This document shows, in pieces, positions 47,095 to 55,222 of a DNA stretch of 64,000 bases (within the stretch, counting starts at the first letter, position 1; each line of letters begins with the position of its first letter). The position numbers and the translations under genes were made by a program. Where the stretch lies: positions 1,848 to 65,847 of the forward strand of contig JBLNBW010000107.1 in assembly GCA_050260255.1 (NCBI GenBank), given 5' to 3'. The DNA comes from Rhodospirillaceae bacterium. GTDB lineage: Bacteria > Pseudomonadota > Gammaproteobacteria > Burkholderiales > SG8-41. Under the pieces are notes generated by a model, which was not told where the DNA came from, made no database searches, and saw only the letters and a list, made by a program, of their open reading frames with translations.

Positions 47095-47739
47095 ATGAAA
47101 CTCAAGCTGTATTACGCGCCCATGACGTGCGCGCTGGTCCCTTACGTCGCGCTGACGGAAGCCGGCGCGCCGTTCGAGGTCGAAAACCTCAATACGCGCA
47201 CCAATGCGCATCGCACGCCGGAATTCCTCGCCGTAAATCCCAAGCACAAGGTGCCGGTGCTGGTGATCGATGGCGAGCCGCTCACCGAGAACCTCGCGAT
47301 ACAGATATGGATCGCGCGGCAGTTTCCTCACGCGCGGTTGCTGCCCGAGGATCCGAAGGCTGGGATCAGGGCGATCTCGCTCATGAGTTGGATCACTTCG
47401 ACGATACATCCGCATCTCACCCACCATCCGCGGCCGGAGAACCATTGCGACATGCCCGGTTCCGAGGAAGGCGTGAGACGCGTAGGCAGGCGGCTGCTGC
47501 TCGAGGACTTCAAGATCGCCGACGCCATGCTCGCCGGCCGAGCATGGTTCTTCGATCATTTTACGACAGTGGACACCTACTTCTACTGGGCTTTCCGTCG
47601 TGCGCTGTCGTTCAAGCTGGATCTGTCGCAATTCGTGCATTGCGCCGCGCATCTTCATCGCGTGGAGCAGCGCGTCAGCGTGCAGAACGTGCTGGCGCAC
47701 GAAAAGCAGGTGCTCGAGGCCTTCGCGCGAGCCGCGTAA
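47095..47739 (+). CDS. glutathione S-transferase family protein
   Basis: MKLKLYYAPMTCALVPYVAL..., NPKHKVPVLVIDGEPLTENLAI (GST N-domain), alpha-helical C-domain. 214 aa. Confidence 0.88.
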   Translation: MKLKLYYAPMTCALVPYVALTEAGAPFEVENLNTRTNAHRTPEFLAVNPKHKVPVLVIDGEPLTENLAIQIWIARQFPHARLLPEDPKAGIRAISLMSWITSTIHPHLTHHPRPENHCDMPGSEEGVRRVGRRLLLEDFKIADAMLAGRAWFFDHFTTVDTYFYWAFRRALSFKLDLSQFVHCAAHLHRVEQRVSVQNVLAHEKQVLEAFARAA

Positions 47740-47746
47740 CGGCGCG

Positions 47747-49036
47747 CTACAACGCGCGCGCCATGCAGGTCTGATAGCGTCCGTCCACGCGCCGCGCGAA
47801 CCAGTCGGTGGTGAGCTTGCGCGTGATCTTGGGACTCTTGAGATCGATCCGGGGCAGCATGGCCCGCGGCAGCGGCCTGCGTGCAACGTTGTCGGCCAGC
47901 ACGTACAGCCTGAAGTACAGCCGGCTGCGTTCGAACTCCGCCGTGCGGGAACGCTCCAGGTCCCGCCGTATCTCCGCATGGCTCATCTTGAGGCGGCTCG
48001 CGAGCACGCGCAGTGCGCGCTCGGTGCTGCCCGGCTCCTTCACCGGTTGTCCTTCCTCGTAACGCAGCAGATCGCCGTCGAGGGCGAGCAGGATGCCGCT
48101 TACCTGCGTGACCGCGTGCTGGAACGCCGCGTTACGGCTCGCGTAATGACCCGCGTTGAAATCGGCGTAGCGATAAATGTGCGAATCGTACGACGCCGCG
48201 TAGTCCAGCAGATGCGCGATGCCGAAATACATGCCGCCGCGCCGCCTGAACACTTCGTGCCGTATGCTTCCCTGCACGGGATACGGATAGGGCCGCGCCG
48301 CCGCATGGCTTTCTGCGAACGCAACGCTCACCTGCATGGGGCCGCCGGTTCGCACCGGGTTGCGGTTCGCGAGAAACGGCTTCGCGAGCGGCACCATGCC
48401 GATGAAATCCTCGAATATCTCGGAGAGCTCGCGCTCGGTCTTCACCGCGTCGAGCCGCGCGCTATAACTTTTCCCGTTCGGTGATTTCAGTGCGAGCGCC
48501 CCCCACAGCACGACTTTCGGTATGCCCGAGCGGCTGCGCTGCCGTTCGATCTCCTTCCACGCGATGCGAGACAACCCCGGGACTCGCGGATCCGCGTGGA
48601 AATTCGATTCCTGCTCGGTCACGGCTACCACAGCGCAGATGTTCTCCGGTGTCGGTGCGATCTCCATCGCGGCGAAAGCGGCGTAAATGTCGGTCGCCCA
48701 GCCGTAGCGATCGGCTATGCCCGGTGGCAGGAGGCGCGCCACCAGCGCACGCCCGTCCGCCGCGCTTACGCTCGGCGTCGGAATCGGTTGCGGCGGCAAC
48801 GGAACGGGCTGCGCGCCCCCAGTCGGCGCGGGTGGCGGCGCAGCGGTCGGCGCGGATACGACGGGCGGCTGCTCCGGCGGTGCGATGGCGCCTGGCGCAC
48901 TCTCGCGCACGGGCGGGGCCGTGGCGACCGGTGCACGCTGTCCGCCTTGTACTGCACACCCGGCGAGGACGGCGAATGCGGTAATCGGCAGCCAGTGGCT
49001 GAGCAACCGGTACGGTGTCGTGTTGCGAGGGGACAT
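47747..49036 (-). CDS. lipoprotein with a Pro/Ala-rich linker (possibly DUF1615 family)
   Basis: Start at MSPRNTTPYRLLSHWLPITAFAVLAGC (lipobox LAGC). ~60-aa P/A-rich linker, then a conserved-looking globular domain (AVVAVTEQESNFHADP...GGPMQVSV). Confidence 0.8.
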   Translation of the reverse strand: MSPRNTTPYRLLSHWLPITAFAVLAGCAVQGGQRAPVATAPPVRESAPGAIAPPEQPPVVSAPTAAPPPAPTGGAQPVPLPPQPIPTPSVSAADGRALVARLLPPGIADRYGWATDIYAAFAAMEIAPTPENICAVVAVTEQESNFHADPRVPGLSRIAWKEIERQRSRSGIPKVVLWGALALKSPNGKSYSARLDAVKTERELSEIFEDFIGMVPLAKPFLANRNPVRTGGPMQVSVAFAESHAAARPYPYPVQGSIRHEVFRRRGGMYFGIAHLLDYAASYDSHIYRYADFNAGHYASRNAAFQHAVTQVSGILLALDGDLLRYEEGQPVKEPGSTERALRVLASRLKMSHAEIRRDLERSRTAEFERSRLYFRLYVLADNVARRPLPRAMLPRIDLKSPKITRKLTTDWFARRVDGRYQTCMARAL

Positions 49037-49108
49037 TGGCGCTATGCAGCAGGCCCGCGGGCCATCCATGGCGTGCAAAGGGCGACATTGTATCGATTCG
49101 GCAATCGC

Positions 49109-49146
49109 AGAAAAGGAAAACGCCGGGCACCCGTAGATACCCGGCG
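49109..49146 (-). terminator. rho-independent terminator-like hairpin (minus strand)
   Basis: Minus strand: CGCCGGG-12 nt-CCCGGCG followed by TTTTCCTTTTCT, 70 nt upstream of the lipoprotein ATG. Confidence 0.55.
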
Positions 49147-49350
49147 TCAGCCGATACCTGCCTGCTGCACTGCCGTTTACACCCTCGACCGGGCTACCGG
49201 CGCCGTTGCAGCGCCGGTCGGCACTCGCTACAGCTACCGAAGAGGTAGTTGGGTTGCCCGTGAGAGGCGTTCACCTCGCCGGGTCGCATCTTCGCGCCGC
49301 GGTGGTCCACAAGATCGGCGGGCCGGAACTCCGCTCGACTCGCGAAGCAC
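49109..49350 (-). ncRNA. candidate structured RNA (sRNA or 5' leader), family unknown
   Basis: Bounded by a sigma70-like promoter (TTGAAA-N17-TAAAAG, 49384-49356 minus) and the terminator. Several perfect 5-8 bp stems (CTACC/GGTAG, CCGGCGC/GCGCCGG). No plausible ORF. Confidence 0.3.
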
Positions 49351-49482
49351 TTTTACTTTTACGCTTCGCGCAGCAACTTTTCAAGATCGATGCTTTCTGA
49401 CTGATGCGGTCGCGCGGGCCCGAGCGATCCTTGCAACCGTGATTCATGTTATTTATCGCGATCATCCAACGAGGAAGCCCTT

Positions 49483-51105
49483 TTGAATCTCACTGCTGCC
49501 GCCCCCCGGGTCGAGGCGCGCGATCTCGCCGACGCGCAGTACGACAATAGCTTCGTGCGCGAGCTTCCCGGCGACCAGTCGAGCGACAACGTCGTTCGCG
49601 CCGTACGCAATGCCTGCTACACGCGCGTGGATCCGACGCCGGTGCGCAGCCCACGGCTGCTCGGCTGGTCCGATGCCGTTGCCGACATGCTCGGCATAGC
49701 GCACCCGACATCGGCGACCGGACTCACCGTGCAAGTGCTGGCCGGCAATCGCGTGCTTCCCGGCATGCAGCCCTATGCCGCGCGCTACGGCGGCCACCAG
49801 TTCGGCGTCTGGGCAGGACAGCTCGGCGACGGACGCGCGATCACGCTTGCCGAAGTGATTGCGCCGGACGGCGGCCGCTACGACCTGCAGCTGAAAGGCG
49901 CAGGCCGTACGCCGTATTCGCGCACCGCGGACGGTCGCGCCGTGCTCCGTTCGTCGTTGCGTGAATTCCTGTGCAGCGAAGCGATGCACTCCCTCGGCGT
50001 GCCCACCACGCGCGCGCTCAGTCTCGTGGGTACAGGGGAAACGGTGATCCGCGACATGTTCTACAACGGCAATCCACGGGCCGAGCCGGGCGCCATCGTA
50101 TGCCGCGTGGCGCCCTCCTTCGTGCGATTCGGCAATTTCGAAATCCTGGCCGCGCAGCAGGAGTATGAAAACCTTCGGCGGCTTGCCGATTACGTCATCG
50201 GAATGCATTTTCCCGAGCTCGGTGCGCCATCGCGCGAGACCTACGTTCGCTGGTTCGAGGAGATCTGCCGTCGCACTGCCACGATGGTCGTCGAATGGAT
50301 GCGCGTGGGCTTCGTGCACGGCGTGATGAACACCGACAACATGTCCATCCTTGGACTCACCATCGATTACGGTCCGTACGGCTGGCTGGAAGGCTACGAC
50401 CTCACGTGGACGCCGAACACCACCGACGCCGAAGGCCGGCGTTACTGCTATGGCAACCAGCCTGGCATTGCGCAATGGAATCTCGTGCGGCTGGCAAACG
50501 CGATCTATCCGCTGATAGAGGACAAGGCTGCGCTGGAGCAGGCGCTCGGTGTTTTTGCGAACACGTTCGAGAGCGAGTCGGCACGCATGCTCGCGAACAA
50601 GCTGGGACTCCAGGCCATCGACCGGGAAGGCGACGACGCGATCGTCGCCGAGCTCTTCGAAGTGCTGCAGGCGGTCGAGACGGACACGACGCTGTTCTTT
50701 CGCGGACTGGCCGACGTGCCGCTCGCGGAGCAGGCGACGGACGAAGCGCTCGTCGCGCCGCTTGCGCGCGCGTTCTACGACGAGCTCGGCACGGCTGCGG
50801 AGCACCAAGAGCGCCTCGCGAAATGGCTGCGCGCCTATATCACACGGGCTCGCGCCGACGGCGCGCCGGCAGCGGAGCGCCGCGCTCGCATGAACCGCAC
50901 GAACCCGAAGTATGTGCTGCGCAACTATCTCGCGCAGGAAGCGATAGACGCCTTGTCGGCAGGCGACGCATCGGTGATGGAACGGCTGATGAAAGTCCTC
51001 GAGCGGCCGTACGACGAGCAGCCGGAGCACGAAGCGCTCGCCGACCGTCGTCCCGAGTGGGCGCGCAACAAGCCCGGGTGCTCGGCGCTTTCGTGCAGCT
51101 CGTGA
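49483..51105 (+). CDS. selO: protein adenylyltransferase SelO (YdiU/UPF0061)
   Basis: TTG start 8 nt after GAGG. YAARYGGHQFGVWAGQLGDGRAI, GVMNTDNMSILGLTIDYGPYGW, NPKYVLRNYLAQ. 540 aa, ending ...CSALSCSS. Confidence 0.92.
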   Translation: MNLTAAAPRVEARDLADAQYDNSFVRELPGDQSSDNVVRAVRNACYTRVDPTPVRSPRLLGWSDAVADMLGIAHPTSATGLTVQVLAGNRVLPGMQPYAARYGGHQFGVWAGQLGDGRAITLAEVIAPDGGRYDLQLKGAGRTPYSRTADGRAVLRSSLREFLCSEAMHSLGVPTTRALSLVGTGETVIRDMFYNGNPRAEPGAIVCRVAPSFVRFGNFEILAAQQEYENLRRLADYVIGMHFPELGAPSRETYVRWFEEICRRTATMVVEWMRVGFVHGVMNTDNMSILGLTIDYGPYGWLEGYDLTWTPNTTDAEGRRYCYGNQPGIAQWNLVRLANAIYPLIEDKAALEQALGVFANTFESESARMLANKLGLQAIDREGDDAIVAELFEVLQAVETDTTLFFRGLADVPLAEQATDEALVAPLARAFYDELGTAAEHQERLAKWLRAYITRARADGAPAAERRARMNRTNPKYVLRNYLAQEAIDALSAGDASVMERLMKVLERPYDEQPEHEALADRRPEWARNKPGCSALSCSS

Positions 51106-51178
51106 ATCGTTAGGACGCGCTGCTTACCGTTGCGGCGATGGAACGCGAGCACGGCGCTCCTTGGACGCTGGTCCGCGC

Positions 51179-51634
51179 CTAGCGTTTGCTGGCGAGCAGC
51201 GTGCCGCGGCACTGACGCGTGCCGCATCCGCATGCGTATTGGCGCTTCAACGCCGCGGTATATCGCGCTTCGAGATACAGGTTGTAGTCGATGGTGATCT
51301 CGTCGCCGGCGTGTATGTCGATCAGTGCGTCTATGAATACCCGCCCGTCTTCCTCGCTCGCTTCGCAGTTCGGCTCGCAGCTGTGATTGATCCACCGTGC
51401 GGTGTTGCCGTTGCGGCTGCCGTCGATCACTTCATTGTTGTCGAGCATGAACAGGAAGGTGTGCGTCGTCTCGGTGTAGAGGAAGGCGCTCTCCTCGTCG
51501 GTGATGCGCTCGCCTTTGTACTCGATGAGCCGAGTGCCGGCGGATATGTCGGTCGTCGCGAATACGCCCTTGCCGTGTATGGCGGAACGGCGCACGACGA
51601 TGCGACGCGTGCTTTTCGATTTTTGTGGGTGCAT
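51179..51634 (-). CDS. SET-domain protein (putative protein-lysine methyltransferase)
   Basis: Start at MHPQKSKS. GKGVFATTDISAGTRLIEYKGE, ARWINHSCEPNC (NHSC motif), ITIDY, post-SET CGCGTRQC. 151 aa. Confidence 0.85.
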   Translation of the reverse strand: MHPQKSKSTRRIVVRRSAIHGKGVFATTDISAGTRLIEYKGERITDEESAFLYTETTHTFLFMLDNNEVIDGSRNGNTARWINHSCEPNCEASEEDGRVFIDALIDIHAGDEITIDYNLYLEARYTAALKRQYACGCGTRQCRGTLLASKR

Positions 51635-51765
51635 CGATGCGGAATGCGCTGCGAAAAAAGCTGCGTATTTTAAAGAAGACCGGCACACCCAGCCACTCCG
51701 TACATGCTGATGTGAGGCAGTTGCACACGCGGGTGTCGAGATGAGGTACGGCCGTACGAATCGCT

Positions 51766-52590
51766 TCAGTGTTGCGCGTCCCCACCCTTGATGAACGCGC
51801 GCGGACTGATGCGCAGCGCGCGCCGGAACATCGTCGAGAACGCGCTGGCGCTCTCGTAGCCGAGATCCAGCGCAACGCGCGTGACCGGGGCGCCCGCCGA
51901 AAGGCGCCGTACCGATTCGAGCAGCCGCGCCTGCTGCTTCCAGCGCGCGAAGCTGATGCCGGTCTCCCGCAGAAAGCGCCGATACAAGGTGCGCGCGCTC
52001 GTGTTCGCGGCTGCGGCGTCATCGCCGCAGGGACGGCGCGTGGCAAGATCCGCGAGGATGCGCTCGCACAGCGCAGCGAGATCCGCACTTGCCGGCAGCG
52101 GCAATTCGAGGGCGCAATGTGGCAAGCGCCGCAGTTCCGCAAGCAGCAGACGCATGAGCAGACCATCGTCGCCGGCCTCGTCGTAATACGCCGGCACCGC
52201 AGCTGCGCGTACTACGAGCTCCCGCAAGAGCGGCGTCACCGCGAGCACTGCACACGACGGCGGCATGCCGGGTACCGTCTCGTCGATGTACAGGCTGCGC
52301 ATTTCGACCAACCCGCTCATCTCGATCTCGTGCACCGTGCGCGCCGGGACCCAAACCGCGCGGCTCGTCGGCACGATCCATACGCGGCGCAGTGCCCGCA
52401 CCGTCATCGTCCCCTCGACGGCGAAGATGAACTGTCCTCGCGCATGCCAGTGCGGGCGGATATGGTGGCCGGCCGCATACGTGGCGCGGCGCGTGACGAT
52501 GGCGCGTGGAACCTGCGCCACCGGGCTCTCGGGTGCAGCGCCGGGTTGCTCCGTATCCCGCACTGCGCGTGCGCCGCCGCGACTGTCCAT
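51766..52590 (-). CDS. AraC-family transcriptional regulator with an N-terminal cupin domain
   Basis: ORF 51766..53028 trimmed to MDSRGGARAV. Cupin (HWHARGQFIFAVEG) plus a C-terminal AraC HTH (VALDLGYESASAFSTMFRRAL). Confidence 0.85.
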   Translation of the reverse strand: MDSRGGARAVRDTEQPGAAPESPVAQVPRAIVTRRATYAAGHHIRPHWHARGQFIFAVEGTMTVRALRRVWIVPTSRAVWVPARTVHEIEMSGLVEMRSLYIDETVPGMPPSCAVLAVTPLLRELVVRAAAVPAYYDEAGDDGLLMRLLLAELRRLPHCALELPLPASADLAALCERILADLATRRPCGDDAAAANTSARTLYRRFLRETGISFARWKQQARLLESVRRLSAGAPVTRVALDLGYESASAFSTMFRRALRISPRAFIKGGDAQH

Positions 52591-52653
52591 TTTTCGAAAG
52601 TGAAAGGTAAAACTGCGAAAGACAGACGATTGTAGCTCAAGCACACTGCGCGC

Positions 52654-53859
52654 ATGAATGCACACTCCGATGCAGTGCTGCCGGTAAGCGACCGGCACCC
52701 GCGGGTCGTGTCGCTGCTGCTCAACGTGGCGCACGGCATTGACCACATGTTCCTGCTCATCTTCGCCACCGCAGTGGCATCGATCGCAGTCGACTTCGGT
52801 TATGCGAGCTGGAGCGATCTCATGCCGTACGGGATAGGCGCGTTCGCCCTGTTCGGCCTGGGCGCGCTGCCGGCGGGGCGGCTCGGCGACCTGTGGGGGC
52901 GGCGCGCGATGATGCTCATCTTTTTCTTCGGCATCGGTGCGGCCTCGCTCATCACCTCGATGGCGCACAACGCGTGGCAATTGGCGGCGGGGCTTACGCT
53001 GATGGGCGCCTTCGCGGCGATCTATCATCCGGTAGGCATACCGATGCTAGTGCAGAACGTGCCCAATCCGGGCGAAGTGATCGGTGTCAACGGGCTGTTC
53101 GGCAATCTCGGCATTGCCGTTGCCGCAGTCGTCACCGGTTTTCTCATCAAGTGGATAGGCTGGCGAGCGGCCTACGTGGTGCCCGGTTTGCTGGCCATCG
53201 CATGCGGCATCGTGTTCGCGCGCGTGTGCCCGCCCGAGCACGAAGCGCCGTCCAAACGCAAAGGCAAAGCCAAGGTGAGCCTTTCGCCCGCCATGCTGAT
53301 ACGCGCCTTCACCGTCATGACGGCCGCGGCCGCCACCAGCACGCTGATCTTCAACTTCACGACCAATGGCAATTCGCAGCTGCTGTCCGAGCGTTTTCGC
53401 GGCCTGATCGAAGACCCGGCCGTGCTCGGCGCGATGCTGGCCGCGATTTACGTGATCGCCTCGTTTGCGCAGCTCGTCGTCGGCCGATTGATCGACCGTA
53501 TGCCGTTCAAGCCGCTGCAGCTCTGGATGTCGGTGATTCAGGTGCCGCTGCTGATCATTGCCGCGCACACGCACCAGTGGGCGCTGTTTGCCGCCCTGCT
53601 TGCGGTGATGATCTTCGTGTTCGGCTCCATCCCGTTCACCGACGCGATGATCGTGCGCTACGTGGACGACCGGCTGCGTTCCCGCGTGGCCGGCATGCGG
53701 CTCACGGTGGCATTCGGTATCAGCTCGTTCGCGGTGTGGCTGCTGGGGCCCGTCGTCAAGGGCGTCGGGTTCGCCACACTGCTGTGGGCCATGGCCGGCG
53801 TGGCGGCTGTGAAGGCGCTCATCGTCGCGTGGCTTCCCGACGAGGAGTCGGCGACATAA
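52654..53859 (+). CDS. MFS transporter
   Basis: 401 aa, ~12 TM. MFS motif A-like GRLGDLWGRRAMM. Divergent from the AraC gene. Confidence 0.88.
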   Translation: MNAHSDAVLPVSDRHPRVVSLLLNVAHGIDHMFLLIFATAVASIAVDFGYASWSDLMPYGIGAFALFGLGALPAGRLGDLWGRRAMMLIFFFGIGAASLITSMAHNAWQLAAGLTLMGAFAAIYHPVGIPMLVQNVPNPGEVIGVNGLFGNLGIAVAAVVTGFLIKWIGWRAAYVVPGLLAIACGIVFARVCPPEHEAPSKRKGKAKVSLSPAMLIRAFTVMTAAAATSTLIFNFTTNGNSQLLSERFRGLIEDPAVLGAMLAAIYVIASFAQLVVGRLIDRMPFKPLQLWMSVIQVPLLIIAAHTHQWALFAALLAVMIFVFGSIPFTDAMIVRYVDDRLRSRVAGMRLTVAFGISSFAVWLLGPVVKGVGFATLLWAMAGVAAVKALIVAWLPDEESAT

Positions 53860-53875
53860 CGACGATGCAGGACTC

Positions 53876-54694
53876 TTAGGCCACCGCGCGCTTGCGACGC
53901 CGGACGTAGGTCATTGCGGAGAAAATGACGGCCAACGTGGTGACGTAGAACAGCACCTGCACGCCAGCCGGTGCCGCGTCATAGCCCACCAGCGCGTGCA
54001 TCACCGCGCCGAATGCCGAATCCATCGGCAATTGCCTGGAGAGGTCCCACAGCGGACTTCCCAGCGGCGGCAGCACATCCGCCTGCACCAGAAACTCGGC
54101 CATGCGCGAGGCCATGCCGGCGGCGAGAAACAGGATCAGCGCGGTCGTGACCCCGAACAGCCACTTGAGCGGTATGCGGATCATGCCCCAGTACAGCAGT
54201 GCGCCGACCAGGGCGCCGCCAAGCAGTCCGAGCGTGGCGCCTGACAGCGCGCTCAGGACGCTCACTTCGCCGCCCGAGAGCATGCCGTAAACGAACAGCA
54301 CGGATTCCGCGCCTTCGCGCAGTACGGCGATCGCAACCAGAATCGCAACGGCCGACAGTTCGGCTTTGCCTTCGCTTACGTTGCGGCTCACGCGCTTTGC
54401 GTCCGAGGCGAGCTCGGCGCCGTGCGAACTCATCCACACGCTATGCCACGCCAGCATCAGCACGGCGATGCCGAGCACAGCGGCATTGAACAGCTCCTGC
54501 CCCATCCCCTCGAACAGCCCGGCGATAGTACTCGTCATGGCAGCCACGACGGCCGCGCCCAATGCGCCGGCCACCACACCGCCTATCAGCCAGCGACTGC
54601 GTCCCCGAATCGTGCGCGTTGCCGCCGCGATGATACCGATGATCAACGCCGCTTCCAGCGTTTCTCTGAATACGATGATGGCCGAGCCCAGCAT
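53876..54694 (-). CDS. FTR1-family high-affinity iron permease (FtrC/EfeU-like)
   Basis: Two REXXE motifs (FRETLEAALI; LREGAESVLF). 272-aa, 7-TM type. Confidence 0.9.
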   Translation of the reverse strand: MLGSAIIVFRETLEAALIIGIIAAATRTIRGRSRWLIGGVVAGALGAAVVAAMTSTIAGLFEGMGQELFNAAVLGIAVLMLAWHSVWMSSHGAELASDAKRVSRNVSEGKAELSAVAILVAIAVLREGAESVLFVYGMLSGGEVSVLSALSGATLGLLGGALVGALLYWGMIRIPLKWLFGVTTALILFLAAGMASRMAEFLVQADVLPPLGSPLWDLSRQLPMDSAFGAVMHALVGYDAAPAGVQVLFYVTTLAVIFSAMTYVRRRKRAVA

Positions 54695-54699
54695 GCGGC

Positions 54700-55023
54700 T
54701 TACTCCGCGATGATCACGCCCTTCGCCGTCTTCTCGTTGAACTCGCCGACGAAGGGATAGCGGCCTTTTTTCAGCGGGCCTACGGTAATGGTCGCCTTCG
54801 ACTTGCCGGGGATGACCTTCTCGCGCTTCAAGGCGTGACTCTCGAACTCTTCGGCGCTCGCGTCCTGGTTGTCGACGACGAGCTTCACTTTCTTGCCGGC
54901 CGGCACTTTGACTTCCGACGGCTCGAACTTGTGCTCGCGGATGACGATGGTGAACTCAGGATCGGCAGCCTGCACGACCCAGGACGCCATCGCCAATGCG
55001 ACTGCACACAACAGCTTTTTCAT
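54700..55023 (-). CDS. periplasmic cupredoxin-fold protein (FtrB-like) lacking Cys
   Basis: ORF trimmed to MKKLLCAVALAMASWVVQA (GAGGAG SD). EFTIVIREHKFEPSEVKVPAGKKVKLVVDN cupredoxin pattern. Stop 5 nt before the permease start. Confidence 0.8.
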   Translation of the reverse strand: MKKLLCAVALAMASWVVQAADPEFTIVIREHKFEPSEVKVPAGKKVKLVVDNQDASAEEFESHALKREKVIPGKSKATITVGPLKKGRYPFVGEFNEKTAKGVIIAE

Positions 55024-55144
55024 CGCAGCTCCTCTTCGTTGACCGCGTTCACTCCAACGTTCGATTCGGGCGCCGGGCTCTGTGACGCGCGGCCGGAGCG
55101 AGTTGCCGGACGCGGCCGTGGCCCATTCTGACTGGCAATGCCTG

Positions 55145-55163
55145 AGAAATGATAATGATTCTC
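55145..55163. promoter_or_regulatory. Fur box
   Basis: AGAAATGATAATGATTCTC: 14/19 match to GATAATGATAATCATTATC, with an intact AATGATAAT core, about 120 nt upstream of the cupredoxin/FTR1 operon. Confidence 0.7.
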
Positions 55164-55222
55164 GATACCGCTGTAAACCGGCCGGGTTTCGGCCTTTTCG
55201 CATCCCGAGCGCACTCGCCCGA

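Noticed and set aside
49109-49350. Identity as a known RNA (GEMM-I c-di-GMP riboswitch, SAH or cobalamin riboswitch, RNase P, tmRNA, 6S, SRP)
   Set aside because: There are superficial resemblances (GGGCAACCC...hairpin...GCGAGTGCC...CCGGTAG versus GEMM-I; GCGCTGCAACGGCGC versus SAH). But the invariant blocks I remember (ACGCAAAGC; GGAAAGTCCGGGC; B12 box; tRNA-like end) are absent. Left as an unknown candidate.
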